Positions 11,849 to 21,395 of a DNA stretch of 64,000 bases are shown piece by piece. Made by a program: the position numbers and the translations under genes. Where the stretch lies: positions 480,750-544,749 of the forward strand of contig CP145883.1 of assembly GCA_045689995.1 (NCBI GenBank), read 5' to 3'. The notes beneath the pieces were generated by a model. That model saw only the letters and a list, made by a program, of their open reading frames with translations, was not told where the DNA came from and did not search any database. Source of the DNA: Candidatus Dasytiphilus stammeri. GTDB taxonomy: Bacteria > Pseudomonadota > Gammaproteobacteria > Enterobacterales > Enterobacteriaceae. The stretch's first letter is position 1; each line of letters opens with the position of its first letter.

Positions 11849-11858
11849 GAGGCTAAAT

Positions 11859-13286
11859 ATGAATCAAGATATTACTACTACTGTAGTAGTAATCGGAGCG
11901 GGACCTGCAGGCTATTCTGCAGCATTTCGTTGTGCCGATTTAGGATTATCGACAATTTTAGTTGAACGTTACGACACCTTAGGAGGTGTTTGTCTTAATG
12001 TAGGATGCATACCTTCTAAAACATTATTAAATATAGCTAATTTTATTGATGATTCAAAAAAACTTAACAATAATGGAATTATTAGCAATACACCTCCTAT
12101 TAATTTAGATAACCTTCGTTCTTGGAAAGCAGGAGTAGTAAAGAGACTCACACATGGATTAGCTTTTATGGCAAATCGTCGAAAAGTAACTTTGGTGAAT
12201 GGTATGGGTAAATTTTGTAATAAAAATACCTTATTAGTAAAGAATAATAATTTAATTACAAAGATCAAATTTGAACATGCCATCATTGCTACAGGATCTC
12301 GTGCGATTAAATTACCATTTATAGACTATAATGATTCAAGAGTATGGGATTCTACTGATGCTTTAGAATTAAAAAATATTCCATCTAGATTATTAATTAT
12401 TGGAGGAGGAATTATTGGTTTAGAAATAGGTACAATTTATCATGCTCTAGGATCTAAAATTGATATAGTAGAAATCCAAAATCAATTATTACCTGGTACT
12501 GATAAAGATATGATAGATCTTTATACACGACAAATAAGTAAAAAATTTAATGTAATGCTAGAAACCCAAATTATTGCTACAGAATATAGCAAGACTGGAA
12601 TCTTAGTCAAAATGCAAGATTCTCAAAAAATTTATACATCTCATCAATATGATACGATATTAATCGCAGTTGGTAGAATACCGAATTCTCAATTACTTGA
12701 TCTAGATTTAGCAGGTATAAATTTAGATCAATATGGTTTTATTATAGTTGATAAACAAATGCATACTAATATTCCACATATTTATGCTATTGGAGATATT
12801 ATTGGACAACCAATGTTAGCACATAAAGGTATATATGAAGGTCATATAGCTGCAGAAGTCATTGCTGGTAATAAACATTTTTTTGAACCAAAAGTTATAC
12901 CTTCAGTAGTATATACTGAACCAGAAGTTGCATGGACTGGAATTACCGAACAAGAAGCTAAAAAACTAGGAATTAATTATAAGATTGCTATTTTTCCTTG
13001 GACTGCATTAGGACGTGCTATTGCTTGTGATTGCTCTGAAGGAGCAACTAAACTAATTTATGATGCCAAAACTAATCGAATTATTGGTGGAACTATTGTT
13101 GGTAAAAATGCAAGTGAATTATTAGGAGAAATCAACTTAGCTATTGAAATGGGATGTGATGTTGAAGATATTGCTCTTACTATTCATGCACACCCTAGTT
13201 TACATGAATCCATTGGAAGGACTGCAGAAATTATTCAAGGAACTATTACTGATTTACTCAATGTTAAAGATATACATAAGTTATAA
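11859..13286 (+). CDS. lpdA: Dihydrolipoyl dehydrogenase (E3)
   Basis: 475 aa with GAGPAGYSAA FAD motif, redox-active GGVCLNVGCIPSK and C-terminal HAHPSLHE. AAGAGG Shine-Dalgarno sequence upstream. Confidence 0.96.
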   Translation: MNQDITTTVVVIGAGPAGYSAAFRCADLGLSTILVERYDTLGGVCLNVGCIPSKTLLNIANFIDDSKKLNNNGIISNTPPINLDNLRSWKAGVVKRLTHGLAFMANRRKVTLVNGMGKFCNKNTLLVKNNNLITKIKFEHAIIATGSRAIKLPFIDYNDSRVWDSTDALELKNIPSRLLIIGGGIIGLEIGTIYHALGSKIDIVEIQNQLLPGTDKDMIDLYTRQISKKFNVMLETQIIATEYSKTGILVKMQDSQKIYTSHQYDTILIAVGRIPNSQLLDLDLAGINLDQYGFIIVDKQMHTNIPHIYAIGDIIGQPMLAHKGIYEGHIAAEVIAGNKHFFEPKVIPSVVYTEPEVAWTGITEQEAKKLGINYKIAIFPWTALGRAIACDCSEGATKLIYDAKTNRIIGGTIVGKNASELLGEINLAIEMGCDVEDIALTIHAHPSLHESIGRTAEIIQGTITDLLNVKDIHKL

Positions 13287-13338
13287 ACTTCAAGAAGTTA
13301 TGAACTTTATGGTATTCAGGATAGTCAAATGATAGCAA

Positions 13339-14124
13339 TTAAATATTACAACCATAGTAAATTTCACGCATCTCTCTACATAATAAACTGGAGATTTTTT
13401 GACATTCTTCAATACTTAATTTTTCAGGTAATGCATTAAATAAATAATGTTTTAAATCAAATTCTTTAAGGATCATCCTAGTATGAAAGAAATTTTCTTG
13501 ATAAACATTTACATTAGTCATTTCATATCTTAATTGAATATCTTCGCTGATAAAATTTTGGATCGAATTGATCTCATGATCAATAAAATGTTTGATACCA
13601 TGGATATCTCTAGTAAAACCTCGTACCCGATAATCAATTGTTACTATATCCGATTCTAATTGATGAATTAAATAATTTAAAGCTTTTAAAGGTGAAATCA
13701 CTCCACAAGTAGATACTTCAATATCTGCTCTAAAGGTACATAGTCCTGCTTCAGGATGACTTTCGGGATAAGTATGAACACATATATGACTTTTATCAAG
13801 ATGAAATACAATATCCTTTGGTAAATTACTGGGTTGATTAGAATTATCAATGGGTAAAATATTAATAGGATCTTCACTAATTAATAACGTAACACTTGCT
13901 CCTTGAGGATTATAATCTTGTCTAGCAATATTCAATACGTTAGCACCAATAATTGTAGAAGTTTCATTAAGAATTTCAGTTAACCTTGTAGCATTATATT
14001 GCTCATCAATATAGTTTATATATGCTTTACGGTCATCAGCGGTTTTTGCATAACAGATATCATAAATACAAAAACTTAGGCTTTTAGTCAGATTATTAAA
14101 GCCATGTAGTTTTACCTTTTGCAA
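13339..14124 (-). CDS. speD: S-adenosylmethionine decarboxylase proenzyme
   Basis: 261 aa with [17 protein letters not shown] (self-cleavage region) and [40 protein letters not shown], nearly identical to E. coli SpeD. Confidence 0.95.
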   Translation of the reverse strand: MQKVKLHGFNNLTKSLSFCIYDICYAKTADDRKAYINYIDEQYNATRLTEILNETSTIIGANVLNIARQDYNPQGASVTLLISEDPINILPIDNSNQPSNLPKDIVFHLDKSHICVHTYPESHPEAGLCTFRADIEVSTCGVISPLKALNYLIHQLESDIVTIDYRVRGFTRDIHGIKHFIDHEINSIQNFISEDIQLRYEMTNVNVYQENFFHTRMILKEFDLKHYLFNALPEKLSIEECQKISSLLCREMREIYYGCNI

Positions 14125-14144
14125 TTTAGTACATCCTTATTATA

Positions 14145-14999
14145 TCAGTTAGATAATATCTTCGATATATATTGTGGTATTGCAAAACTACCAATATGAA
14201 TCTCTGGATTATAATATTTGCAATATAAACTTGCATTATTTAATTTAGTTTGTAAAATAGTAGGATTAAATTGACGTAACTTTGGATTATGACTTGCCCA
14301 AGAAAAAAACATCATTCCACCATAATAACTTGGAATACTAGCTTGATAAAAAGTAACATCTGAAAAAAATTGACGTAAATTATAATAGCTATTAATTAGC
14401 TCTTTGTTTTGAAAAAAACCAACACCATTTTGTGCTACAAAGATACCCTTTTGATGTAAACATTCACTACATTTTTTATAGAATTCTGCAGTAAATAAAC
14501 TAATTCCAGGTCCTACAGGATCTGTACGATCTACAATAATAATATCAAAAATTTTTTTACAAGTACTAACAAATTTCATACCATCATCAATAATTAGTGT
14601 CAATCTTGGATCAAGGAAAGTATTAGCACTATGTTTAGGTAAATATTTACGACATAATGTTACTACATTATCATCAATTTCTACCATAGTAATATTTTCA
14701 ATTGATCTATATTTACTCACTTCTCTTAAGGTTGCACCATCACCACCTCCAATAATTAAAATATTTTTAGGATGATCACAACTTAATAATGGTATATGAG
14801 TCAGCATTTCATGATAAATAAATTCATCAAGTTCAGTAGTTTGTATAATTCCATCAAGAGCAAGAATACGTCCAAAAGGATTATTATCAAATATAATTAA
14901 TTCTTGCAGATTCTTATTATAATAGATAATCTTTTCTACGGAAAAATATTGACCAAAATTTTGATAAAGTGTTTCAAACCATTTTTTATTCAATGTCAT
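14145..14999 (-). CDS. speE: Spermidine synthase
   Basis: 284 aa with DEFIYHEMLTH, IIGGGDGATLREV and TDPVGPG motifs. Paired with speD as in E. coli. Confidence 0.95.
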   Translation of the reverse strand: MTLNKKWFETLYQNFGQYFSVEKIIYYNKNLQELIIFDNNPFGRILALDGIIQTTELDEFIYHEMLTHIPLLSCDHPKNILIIGGGDGATLREVSKYRSIENITMVEIDDNVVTLCRKYLPKHSANTFLDPRLTLIIDDGMKFVSTCKKIFDIIIVDRTDPVGPGISLFTAEFYKKCSECLHQKGIFVAQNGVGFFQNKELINSYYNLRQFFSDVTFYQASIPSYYGGMMFFSWASHNPKLRQFNPTILQTKLNNASLYCKYYNPEIHIGSFAIPQYISKILSN

Positions 15000-15134
15000 T
15001 AATATTTCCTTATGTCTAATAGATCCTACATTATTTCAAATTAGCATAGCCAAAAATTAATATTTTATAAAAACTACTCATTTAAAATTAATAATGGTAT
15101 TTTGATCTCAAAATCATATTTAATAAAATAATTG

Positions 15135-15695
15135 ATGAATTTAACATCAGTATTACCTTTATATTATATGATATCCAATGTTGAACCAATATTATCCCAA
15201 CAGATAATTAAAGATAGAGTAATAAAATTAGGAAAAGATATTTCAAATTACTATCAAAACAGTAATAATAAACTAATCTTAGTAGGTCTTTTAAGAGGAT
15301 CATTTATATTTATAGCGGATTTATGTAGAGAATTAACTATTGCTCATGAAATTGATTTTATGATTGTCTCAAGTTATGGAAATCAAAAAAAATCCAGTGG
15401 CAATCTCCATATTTGTAAAGATTTAGATTACCATATCTATGGTAAAGATGTCTTAATAATAGAAGATATTATTGATTCTGGAAAAACTTTAAAAACAATC
15501 TATGATCTCCTTATTCTAAGAGATCCTAGTTCTTTATTAATTTGTACTTTATTAGATAAACCTAAATGTCGAGAAGTACATATTAATGCATATTGGGTAG
15601 GTTTTGAAATTGATGATGAATTTGTGGTGGGATATGGAATTGATTATGCACAATGTTATAGATATCTTCCATATATTGGAAAAATTTTAAATTAA
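15135..15695 (+). CDS. hpt: Hypoxanthine phosphoribosyltransferase
   Basis: Contains [32 protein letters not shown] and [19 protein letters not shown]. The start is ambiguous: ATG at 15135, or ATG at 15168, which aligns with E. coli MKHTVEV. Confidence 0.9.
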   Translation: MNLTSVLPLYYMISNVEPILSQQIIKDRVIKLGKDISNYYQNSNNKLILVGLLRGSFIFIADLCRELTIAHEIDFMIVSSYGNQKKSSGNLHICKDLDYHIYGKDVLIIEDIIDSGKTLKTIYDLLILRDPSSLLICTLLDKPKCREVHINAYWVGFEIDDEFVVGYGIDYAQCYRYLPYIGKILN

Positions 15696-15740
15696 ATTTA
15701 ACGTCTTATCAATTAAGAATTATTGAATGATGTTCATCTT

Positions 15741-16670
15741 ATGAACTATGCACTAGAAATCCAAAAACTTGAAAAAATCTACTCTAATAATCTTAGAGCA
15801 CTCAAAGGTATTAATTTAAAGGTTAGTTCAGGAGATTTTTATGCACTTTTAGGTCATAATGGGGCCGGTAAAACTACAATTTTAGGAATAATTAGTTCAT
15901 TAATAAATCCAACTACTGGTAGAATAAAAATTTTTGGTTATGATTTACAAGATGAGATGGTAAATGCTAAACGATTACTGGGTTTAGTACCACAAGAATT
16001 TAATTTTAATCAATTTGAGAACGTTTTACAAATTATAGTTAATCAAGCTGGTTATTATGGTATAAAAAAAACCGATGCTATCATTAAAGCTAAAACATAT
16101 TTAACCGAACTTGGTTTATGGGATAAACGTTACCAATCGGCACGACTTCTTTCGGGAGGAATGAAACGTCGTTTAATGATTGTGCGTGCTATAATTCATA
16201 GTCCCAAATTACTAATTTTAGATGAACCCACTGCTGGAGTTGATGTTGAAATTCGTCATTTAATCTGGAAATTTTTGGATAAAATTAATAAATGCGGAAC
16301 AACTATTATTCTAACTACACATTATTTAGAGGAAGCTGAAATATTATGTAGAAATATAGGTATCCTTCAACAAGGACTACTAATTGTAAATACTTCAATT
16401 AAAAAATTACTTTTAAAACTTAAAACAGAATCTTTTATTCTCGATTTGGATAAGCGATCACCAGTACCAAAATTAAATGGATATCAATATAAAGTTATTG
16501 ATGCTGGTACTTTAGAAGTACAAGTACAGCGAGAGCAAGGATTAAATAGTATATTTAATCAGTTGAGTGTACAAGGAATACAGGTATTAAGTATGCGTAA
16601 TCAAGCTAATAGACTTGAAGCATTATTTTTAGAGTTTATGCAAGATCCGAATCATATACAAAGTAGATGA
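15741..16670 (+). CDS. yadG: ABC-2 type transporter ATP-binding protein YadG
   Basis: The ATG at 15741 (MNYALEIQKLEKIY) aligns with E. coli YadG MTIALELQQLKKTY. Walker A GHNGAGKTT, signature LSGGMKRR and Walker B LLILDEPT are present. Confidence 0.9.
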   Translation: MNYALEIQKLEKIYSNNLRALKGINLKVSSGDFYALLGHNGAGKTTILGIISSLINPTTGRIKIFGYDLQDEMVNAKRLLGLVPQEFNFNQFENVLQIIVNQAGYYGIKKTDAIIKAKTYLTELGLWDKRYQSARLLSGGMKRRLMIVRAIIHSPKLLILDEPTAGVDVEIRHLIWKFLDKINKCGTTIILTTHYLEEAEILCRNIGILQQGLLIVNTSIKKLLLKLKTESFILDLDKRSPVPKLNGYQYKVIDAGTLEVQVQREQGLNSIFNQLSVQGIQVLSMRNQANRLEALFLEFMQDPNHIQSR

Positions 16671-17437
16671 ATAAATTCTATTGGATTGCTTTAAAAACCA
16701 TATGGAGTAAAGAAATTAGTCGTTTTACTCGCATATGGATTCAAACCCTTATGCCACCTGTAATTACTATGTCTTTATATTTGATAATATTTGGGAGTTT
16801 TATTGGAAATAAAATAGATAATATTCAAGGAGTTAGTTATATACAATTTATTGTTCCAGGAATAATTATGATGGCAGTAATTTCTAATGCTTATACTAAT
16901 GTCGCTTCATCTTTTTTTAGTGCTAGATTTCAACGTCATATTGAAGAACTATTAGTAGCACCTGTTCCTACACATATCATTATTCTTGGATATATAGGTG
17001 GTGGGGTAGTAAGAGGTATTTGTGTGGGATTATTAGTTACCATAGTATCGTTATTCTTTGTACAATTTCATGTTTATTCTTGGTTAATAATCTTATTTAT
17101 CTTATTATTAACGGTGGTAATGTTTTCTTTAGCAGGATTATTAAATGCTCTCTTTGCAAAGAGCTTTGATGAGATCAGTTTAATTCCTACTTTTATCTTA
17201 ACTCCGTTGACCTATCTTGGAGGAGTATTTTATTCACTAAATTTATTACCCCCTTTCTGGAAAAAAATCTCAGTACTAAATCCTTTAGTTTATATGATTA
17301 GTGGATTTCGTTTAGGTTTTTTAGGAATTAGTGAGATTTCTTTAATTTGGTCTTTATTCGTTTTAATATCACTCATAGTAATATTTTATCTATTAGTATG
17401 GTATTTAATTCAGCGAGGTTATGGATTAAAAAATTAA
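16667..17437 (+). CDS. yadH: ABC-2 type transporter permease YadH
   Basis: 256 aa polytopic membrane protein. Its ATGA start overlaps the yadG stop, and its length equals E. coli YadH. Confidence 0.88.
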   Translation: MNKFYWIALKTIWSKEISRFTRIWIQTLMPPVITMSLYLIIFGSFIGNKIDNIQGVSYIQFIVPGIIMMAVISNAYTNVASSFFSARFQRHIEELLVAPVPTHIIILGYIGGGVVRGICVGLLVTIVSLFFVQFHVYSWLIILFILLLTVVMFSLAGLLNALFAKSFDEISLIPTFILTPLTYLGGVFYSLNLLPPFWKKISVLNPLVYMISGFRLGFLGISEISLIWSLFVLISLIVIFYLLVWYLIQRGYGLKN

Positions 17438-17438
17438 A

Positions 17439-17918
17439 TTACCACAAAGTAATCTTACTAGTATCTAAAGTTTTTAAGATTCTGATTATGGAAATTCCAT
17501 CAGGTAAAATAAGTTCAGGTGCGATTTCAATTAAAGGTACTAACATAAAAGCTCGCTTTTTCATAGCATAATGAGGAATTACTAAACTATTAGTATTAAT
17601 TATTAAATCACCATATAACATTATATCAATATCTATTGTTCTGGAAATCCATCGATTAATAGTTCTTATACGTCCTTGTTTTAATTCAATTTGATTAAGT
17701 TTCTCCAATAATTCTTGTGGTTGAAGATTAGTATCCATTACTACCGCAGCATTAAGATAATCTTTTTGATTTAACGATCCTAATGGTAAAGTACGATAAA
17801 AATTAGATATCTTAATTAGATTACTATTATGAATTTTTGATAAAGCATCCAATGCCATATTAACTTGTTTTACAGGATTATTCAGATTACTACCTAATGC
17901 AAGATATACTCTATTCAT
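17439..17918 (-). CDS. folK: 2-amino-4-hydroxy-6-hydroxymethyldihydropteridine pyrophosphokinase
   Basis: 159 aa with ALGSNL...P..QVN.AL.AL, FYRT.PLG, DYLNAAV, RT.D.DIML and PHY.MK.R.FML.PL.EIAPEL, matching E. coli FolK. Confidence 0.93.
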   Translation of the reverse strand: MNRVYLALGSNLNNPVKQVNMALDALSKIHNSNLIKISNFYRTLPLGSLNQKDYLNAAVVMDTNLQPQELLEKLNQIELKQGRIRTINRWISRTIDIDIMLYGDLIINTNSLVIPHYAMKKRAFMLVPLIEIAPELILPDGISIIRILKTLDTSKITLW

Positions 17919-17968
17919 ATGATGAGTTTTAATTATAACAAAATCACTTATGTTATATTCTTCTAGAA

Positions 17969-18433
17969 TTAATAAATTCCCGCTTTCTGTTTTTCACGAA
18001 TTTCTGCTAAAGTTTTACAATCAATACAAAGATCAGCTGTAGGACGAGCCTCTAAACGACGAATCCCAATTTCAACTCCACAGTAATCACAATATCCAAA
18101 ATTAGCTTTTTCTACTTTTTTTAAGGTATGTTCTATTTTTTTTATCAGCTGACGCTCACGATCACGGGTTCTTAATTCTAAACTAAATTCCTCTTCTTGA
18201 ACTGCTCTATCAACTGGATCTGGAAAATTAATAGTTTCTTCTTGCATATGAAGGATATTACTCCGATCAGTTTCTCCTTTAAGTTGATTACACCAGGCAT
18301 TAAGAATTTTCTTAAAATGAATTAACTGTGCTTCATTCATATATTTTTCACTAGGTTGTTCTTTATAAGGTTCAACCCCAGCAATAGAAAGAATACTCAA
18401 AGAAGATACTGTTCTTAATTTACCTTCTGGCAT
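17969..18433 (-). CDS. dksA: RNA polymerase-binding transcription factor DksA
   Basis: The ATG at 18431-18433 ([23 protein letters not shown]) aligns with E. coli MQEGQNRKTSSLSILAIAGVEPY. The [11 protein letters not shown] coiled-coil tip and the zinc finger C..C...C..C are intact. Confidence 0.95.
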   Translation of the reverse strand: MPEGKLRTVSSLSILSIAGVEPYKEQPSEKYMNEAQLIHFKKILNAWCNQLKGETDRSNILHMQEETINFPDPVDRAVQEEEFSLELRTRDRERQLIKKIEHTLKKVEKANFGYCDYCGVEIGIRRLEARPTADLCIDCKTLAEIREKQKAGIY

Positions 18434-18605
18434 ATTATTTCTCCTAGCATCATAAAATAAACAGATCTTTAACATAATAATATAGCAAAACTATTTGCTA
18501 ATAAAAGTAGATAATTTTAACTAGCCAAATCTTTACTAGTTAAAATATTATATAATATTTTTTAATTAATTTTAGTATCATTTAATACAATTATTTTAAA
18601 CTATT

Positions 18606-20837
18606 ATGCTTAATAAAGCGATACTATCTACCAATAAAATCAAAATATTCTTAATGTTAATAAATATTTTGTTACTAATATTATTTATAATATATGGTGT
18701 TAAATTAGATATAAAAATTCGACATAAAATTCATGGTAATGTTTGGCAATTTCCAGCGATAGTATATAGTCGCATAGTAAATCTTAGTACAAATATTAGT
18801 AATAAAGAAAATATTATTAATATTCTTGTCCATAATCGTTATCGCAAGGTATTGAAAATAGCGCTACCTGGAGAATTTATTGTTAATAATAACAGTATTG
18901 AAATATTTCGTAGACCATTTAGATTTCCAGATAAATGGGAAAAAGAAATTCATGCATGTTTGACATTTGAAAATAATATTTTAAAGAACATTCGCAATAT
19001 AGATAATGGACATAATTTTACTAAAATTCGCATTGATCCCATTTTAATTAATATCTGGAAATCACCTCATGGTGAGCAACGATTTTTTATTCCCAGAAAG
19101 AATTTTCCAGATTTATTAGTAAAACTTTTACTGACTACAGAGGATAGTTCTTTCTATTATAATTCAGGTATCAGTGTTGTTGCTATGGGTCGGGCTTTCA
19201 TTGCTAACTTACTAGCCGGGAAAACCATACAAGGTGGCAGTACCATTACACAACAACTTGTTAGAAATTTATTTCTAAATAATAAACGGACTTTATGGCG
19301 AAAATTAAATGAAATTTACATGTCACTAATTATGAGTGCACGTTATAGTAAAGATCGTATTTTAGAATTGTATCTTAATAATGTTTATTTGGGACAAATA
19401 AATGGAGAACAAATTCATGGCTTTCCATTAGCTAGTATTTATTATTTTGGTCGTCCTCTTAATGAATTAACATTAGAACAACAGGCTTTATTAGTAGGTA
19501 TGGTTAAAGGTGCATCTCTATATAATCCATGGCATCAATCTAAATTAGCATTAAAAAGACGTAATCTAATTTTACATATTTTACACAAAACTCATATTAT
19601 TGATCAAAACTTATATGAAAAATTTATCAAAATTCCAATCAACATAAAATCTGAAACTAATTTTATGACGGCTACTCCTGCTTTTATGCAGCAATTAAAT
19701 TTAGAATTACAATCTCAATTAAAAAATAATATTCATAATTTATCTGGATTAAAAATTTTTACCACCTTAGATCCATCATCAGAGCTTGCTGCAGAAGAAG
19801 CAGTAAGAGAAGGAATTCCTTTTTTGCGCCAAAAATATCAATTACCGGATTTACAAACAGCTTTAGTAGTAGTAGATCGTTTGAGTGGGGAAATTCGTAC
19901 TATTATTGGTGGAGCCATTCCACAGTTTGCAGGATATAATAGGGCTTTGAATGCTAAACGTTCTATTGGATCATTAGTAAAACCAGCAATTTACCTTGCG
20001 GCCTTAAGTTTTCCGGAGAGATATCGATTAAATACCTGGATCAATGATAATCCTCTAGAATTAGAAATATCTTCTAAACAAATTTGGAAACCTCATAATA
20101 ATGATTATTCAATAGGTAATCGTGTAATGTTAATTGATGGATTAATACATTCTTTAAATATTCCTACTGTAAATTTAGGATTATCAATAGGAATTAATCG
20201 AGTTACCGAAATGTTAATTCGTTTAGGAGTATCAAAAAATCAAATTACTAAAGTTCCTTCTTTATTATTAGGTGCAATTAATCTTACTCCACTTGAGGTC
20301 ACACAAATATATCAAACCATTGCTAATAATGGACTAAAATCTATCTTATCTACTCTAGTTTATATACTTAATGAAAAAAATACCATTTTATATCAAAAAG
20401 TTCCACAATCGGAAAAGGTCGTCTCAAAACAAGCAAATTATTTAACCTTATATGCAATGCAACAGATTGTTATTAGGGGTACTGCCAGAATTTTAGGTAA
20501 ACAATTTATTAATTATAACTTAGCGGCCAAAACGGGTACAACTAATGATTTGCGTGATAGTTGGTTTGCCGGTATAGATGGTAAAGAAGTAGTAGTAGTA
20601 TGGATTGGACGAGATCATAATGAATCAACTAAATTATATGGAGCAACTGGTGCTCTAACATTATATAGTCGTTATCTAAAAATAAGAACAGCATTACCCT
20701 TAATAATTTTTCCACCAGATCAGATCTCAATGATCAATATTACACTTAAGGGAAATTTTTGTTGTGATATACGAGATAAATGGATTAGTATTCCTATATG
20801 GACTGATAATCATTCATTAATTTGTTTGAATCAATAG
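18606..20837 (+). CDS. mrcB: Penicillin-binding protein 1B (bifunctional glycosyltransferase/transpeptidase)
   Basis: 743 aa with GT51 motifs EDSSFYYNSGIS, GGSTITQQLVRN and RKLNE, and transpeptidase motifs SIGSLVKP (SxxK), SLN and KTGTT. Colinear with E. coli PBP1b from the transmembrane helix onward. Confidence 0.93.
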   Translation: MLNKAILSTNKIKIFLMLINILLLILFIIYGVKLDIKIRHKIHGNVWQFPAIVYSRIVNLSTNISNKENIINILVHNRYRKVLKIALPGEFIVNNNSIEIFRRPFRFPDKWEKEIHACLTFENNILKNIRNIDNGHNFTKIRIDPILINIWKSPHGEQRFFIPRKNFPDLLVKLLLTTEDSSFYYNSGISVVAMGRAFIANLLAGKTIQGGSTITQQLVRNLFLNNKRTLWRKLNEIYMSLIMSARYSKDRILELYLNNVYLGQINGEQIHGFPLASIYYFGRPLNELTLEQQALLVGMVKGASLYNPWHQSKLALKRRNLILHILHKTHIIDQNLYEKFIKIPINIKSETNFMTATPAFMQQLNLELQSQLKNNIHNLSGLKIFTTLDPSSELAAEEAVREGIPFLRQKYQLPDLQTALVVVDRLSGEIRTIIGGAIPQFAGYNRALNAKRSIGSLVKPAIYLAALSFPERYRLNTWINDNPLELEISSKQIWKPHNNDYSIGNRVMLIDGLIHSLNIPTVNLGLSIGINRVTEMLIRLGVSKNQITKVPSLLLGAINLTPLEVTQIYQTIANNGLKSILSTLVYILNEKNTILYQKVPQSEKVVSKQANYLTLYAMQQIVIRGTARILGKQFINYNLAAKTGTTNDLRDSWFAGIDGKEVVVVWIGRDHNESTKLYGATGALTLYSRYLKIRTALPLIIFPPDQISMINITLKGNFCCDIRDKWISIPIWTDNHSLICLNQ

Positions 20838-20919
20838 TAGAGAAATTAAATCTTCTTCATTTAAGAAAATTTAATGAAATTGCATAAGTAAACTTACTAA
20901 TAATTTAGGTTATTATTTA

Positions 20920-21270
20920 ATGACAATAGATACTGTTAAATTTCCTTTAAATTTTACTTCAGCAGCTATCAGTAAAATTAAATCCTTAATTTTAAAAGAA
21001 AAAAAAGCTAATCTAAAATTAAGAATATATATTAAAGGAGGTGGTTGTAGTGGATTTCAATATGGTTTTTTATTTGATGACAAAGTTAAATCTGATGATT
21101 GTATGATTAAAAAATCAGGAATTAAGGTTGTTATTGATTCTATGAGTTTACAATATTTAATAGGAAGTTCAATAGATTATATAGAGCAATTACAAGAATC
21201 ACGTTTTATAGTTAATAATCCTAATACTAAAATTACTTGTAGTTGTGGATTATCTTTTAGTCCCTACTAA
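20920..21270 (+). CDS. erpA: Iron-sulfur cluster insertion protein ErpA
   Basis: 116 aa with [19 protein letters not shown] and C-terminal CSCG. Colinear with E. coli ErpA. Confidence 0.93.
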   Translation: MTIDTVKFPLNFTSAAISKIKSLILKEKKANLKLRIYIKGGGCSGFQYGFLFDDKVKSDDCMIKKSGIKVVIDSMSLQYLIGSSIDYIEQLQESRFIVNNPNTKITCSCGLSFSPY

Positions 21271-21395
21271 AGTAATAATATAATTATTTAAAAAATTTTG
21301 TAGAAATCTGAAGACATAAATTTATCCTTACTTTATAATAAGAACATTCTTCTGCTTCTATGCAGCTTTAATTAAATTAGATTAAGTAAAAAACA

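Noticed and set aside
21300-21316. A sigmaE-like -10 element upstream of degP: aaaTCTGAAGACA, against the E. coli degP promoter gaaTCTGAAGAACA as I recall it.
   Set aside because: No GGAACTT-like -35 lies at the required 16-nt spacing, where the sequence is AATTATTTA. The similarity rests on my memory of the E. coli promoter. It is too weak to call.
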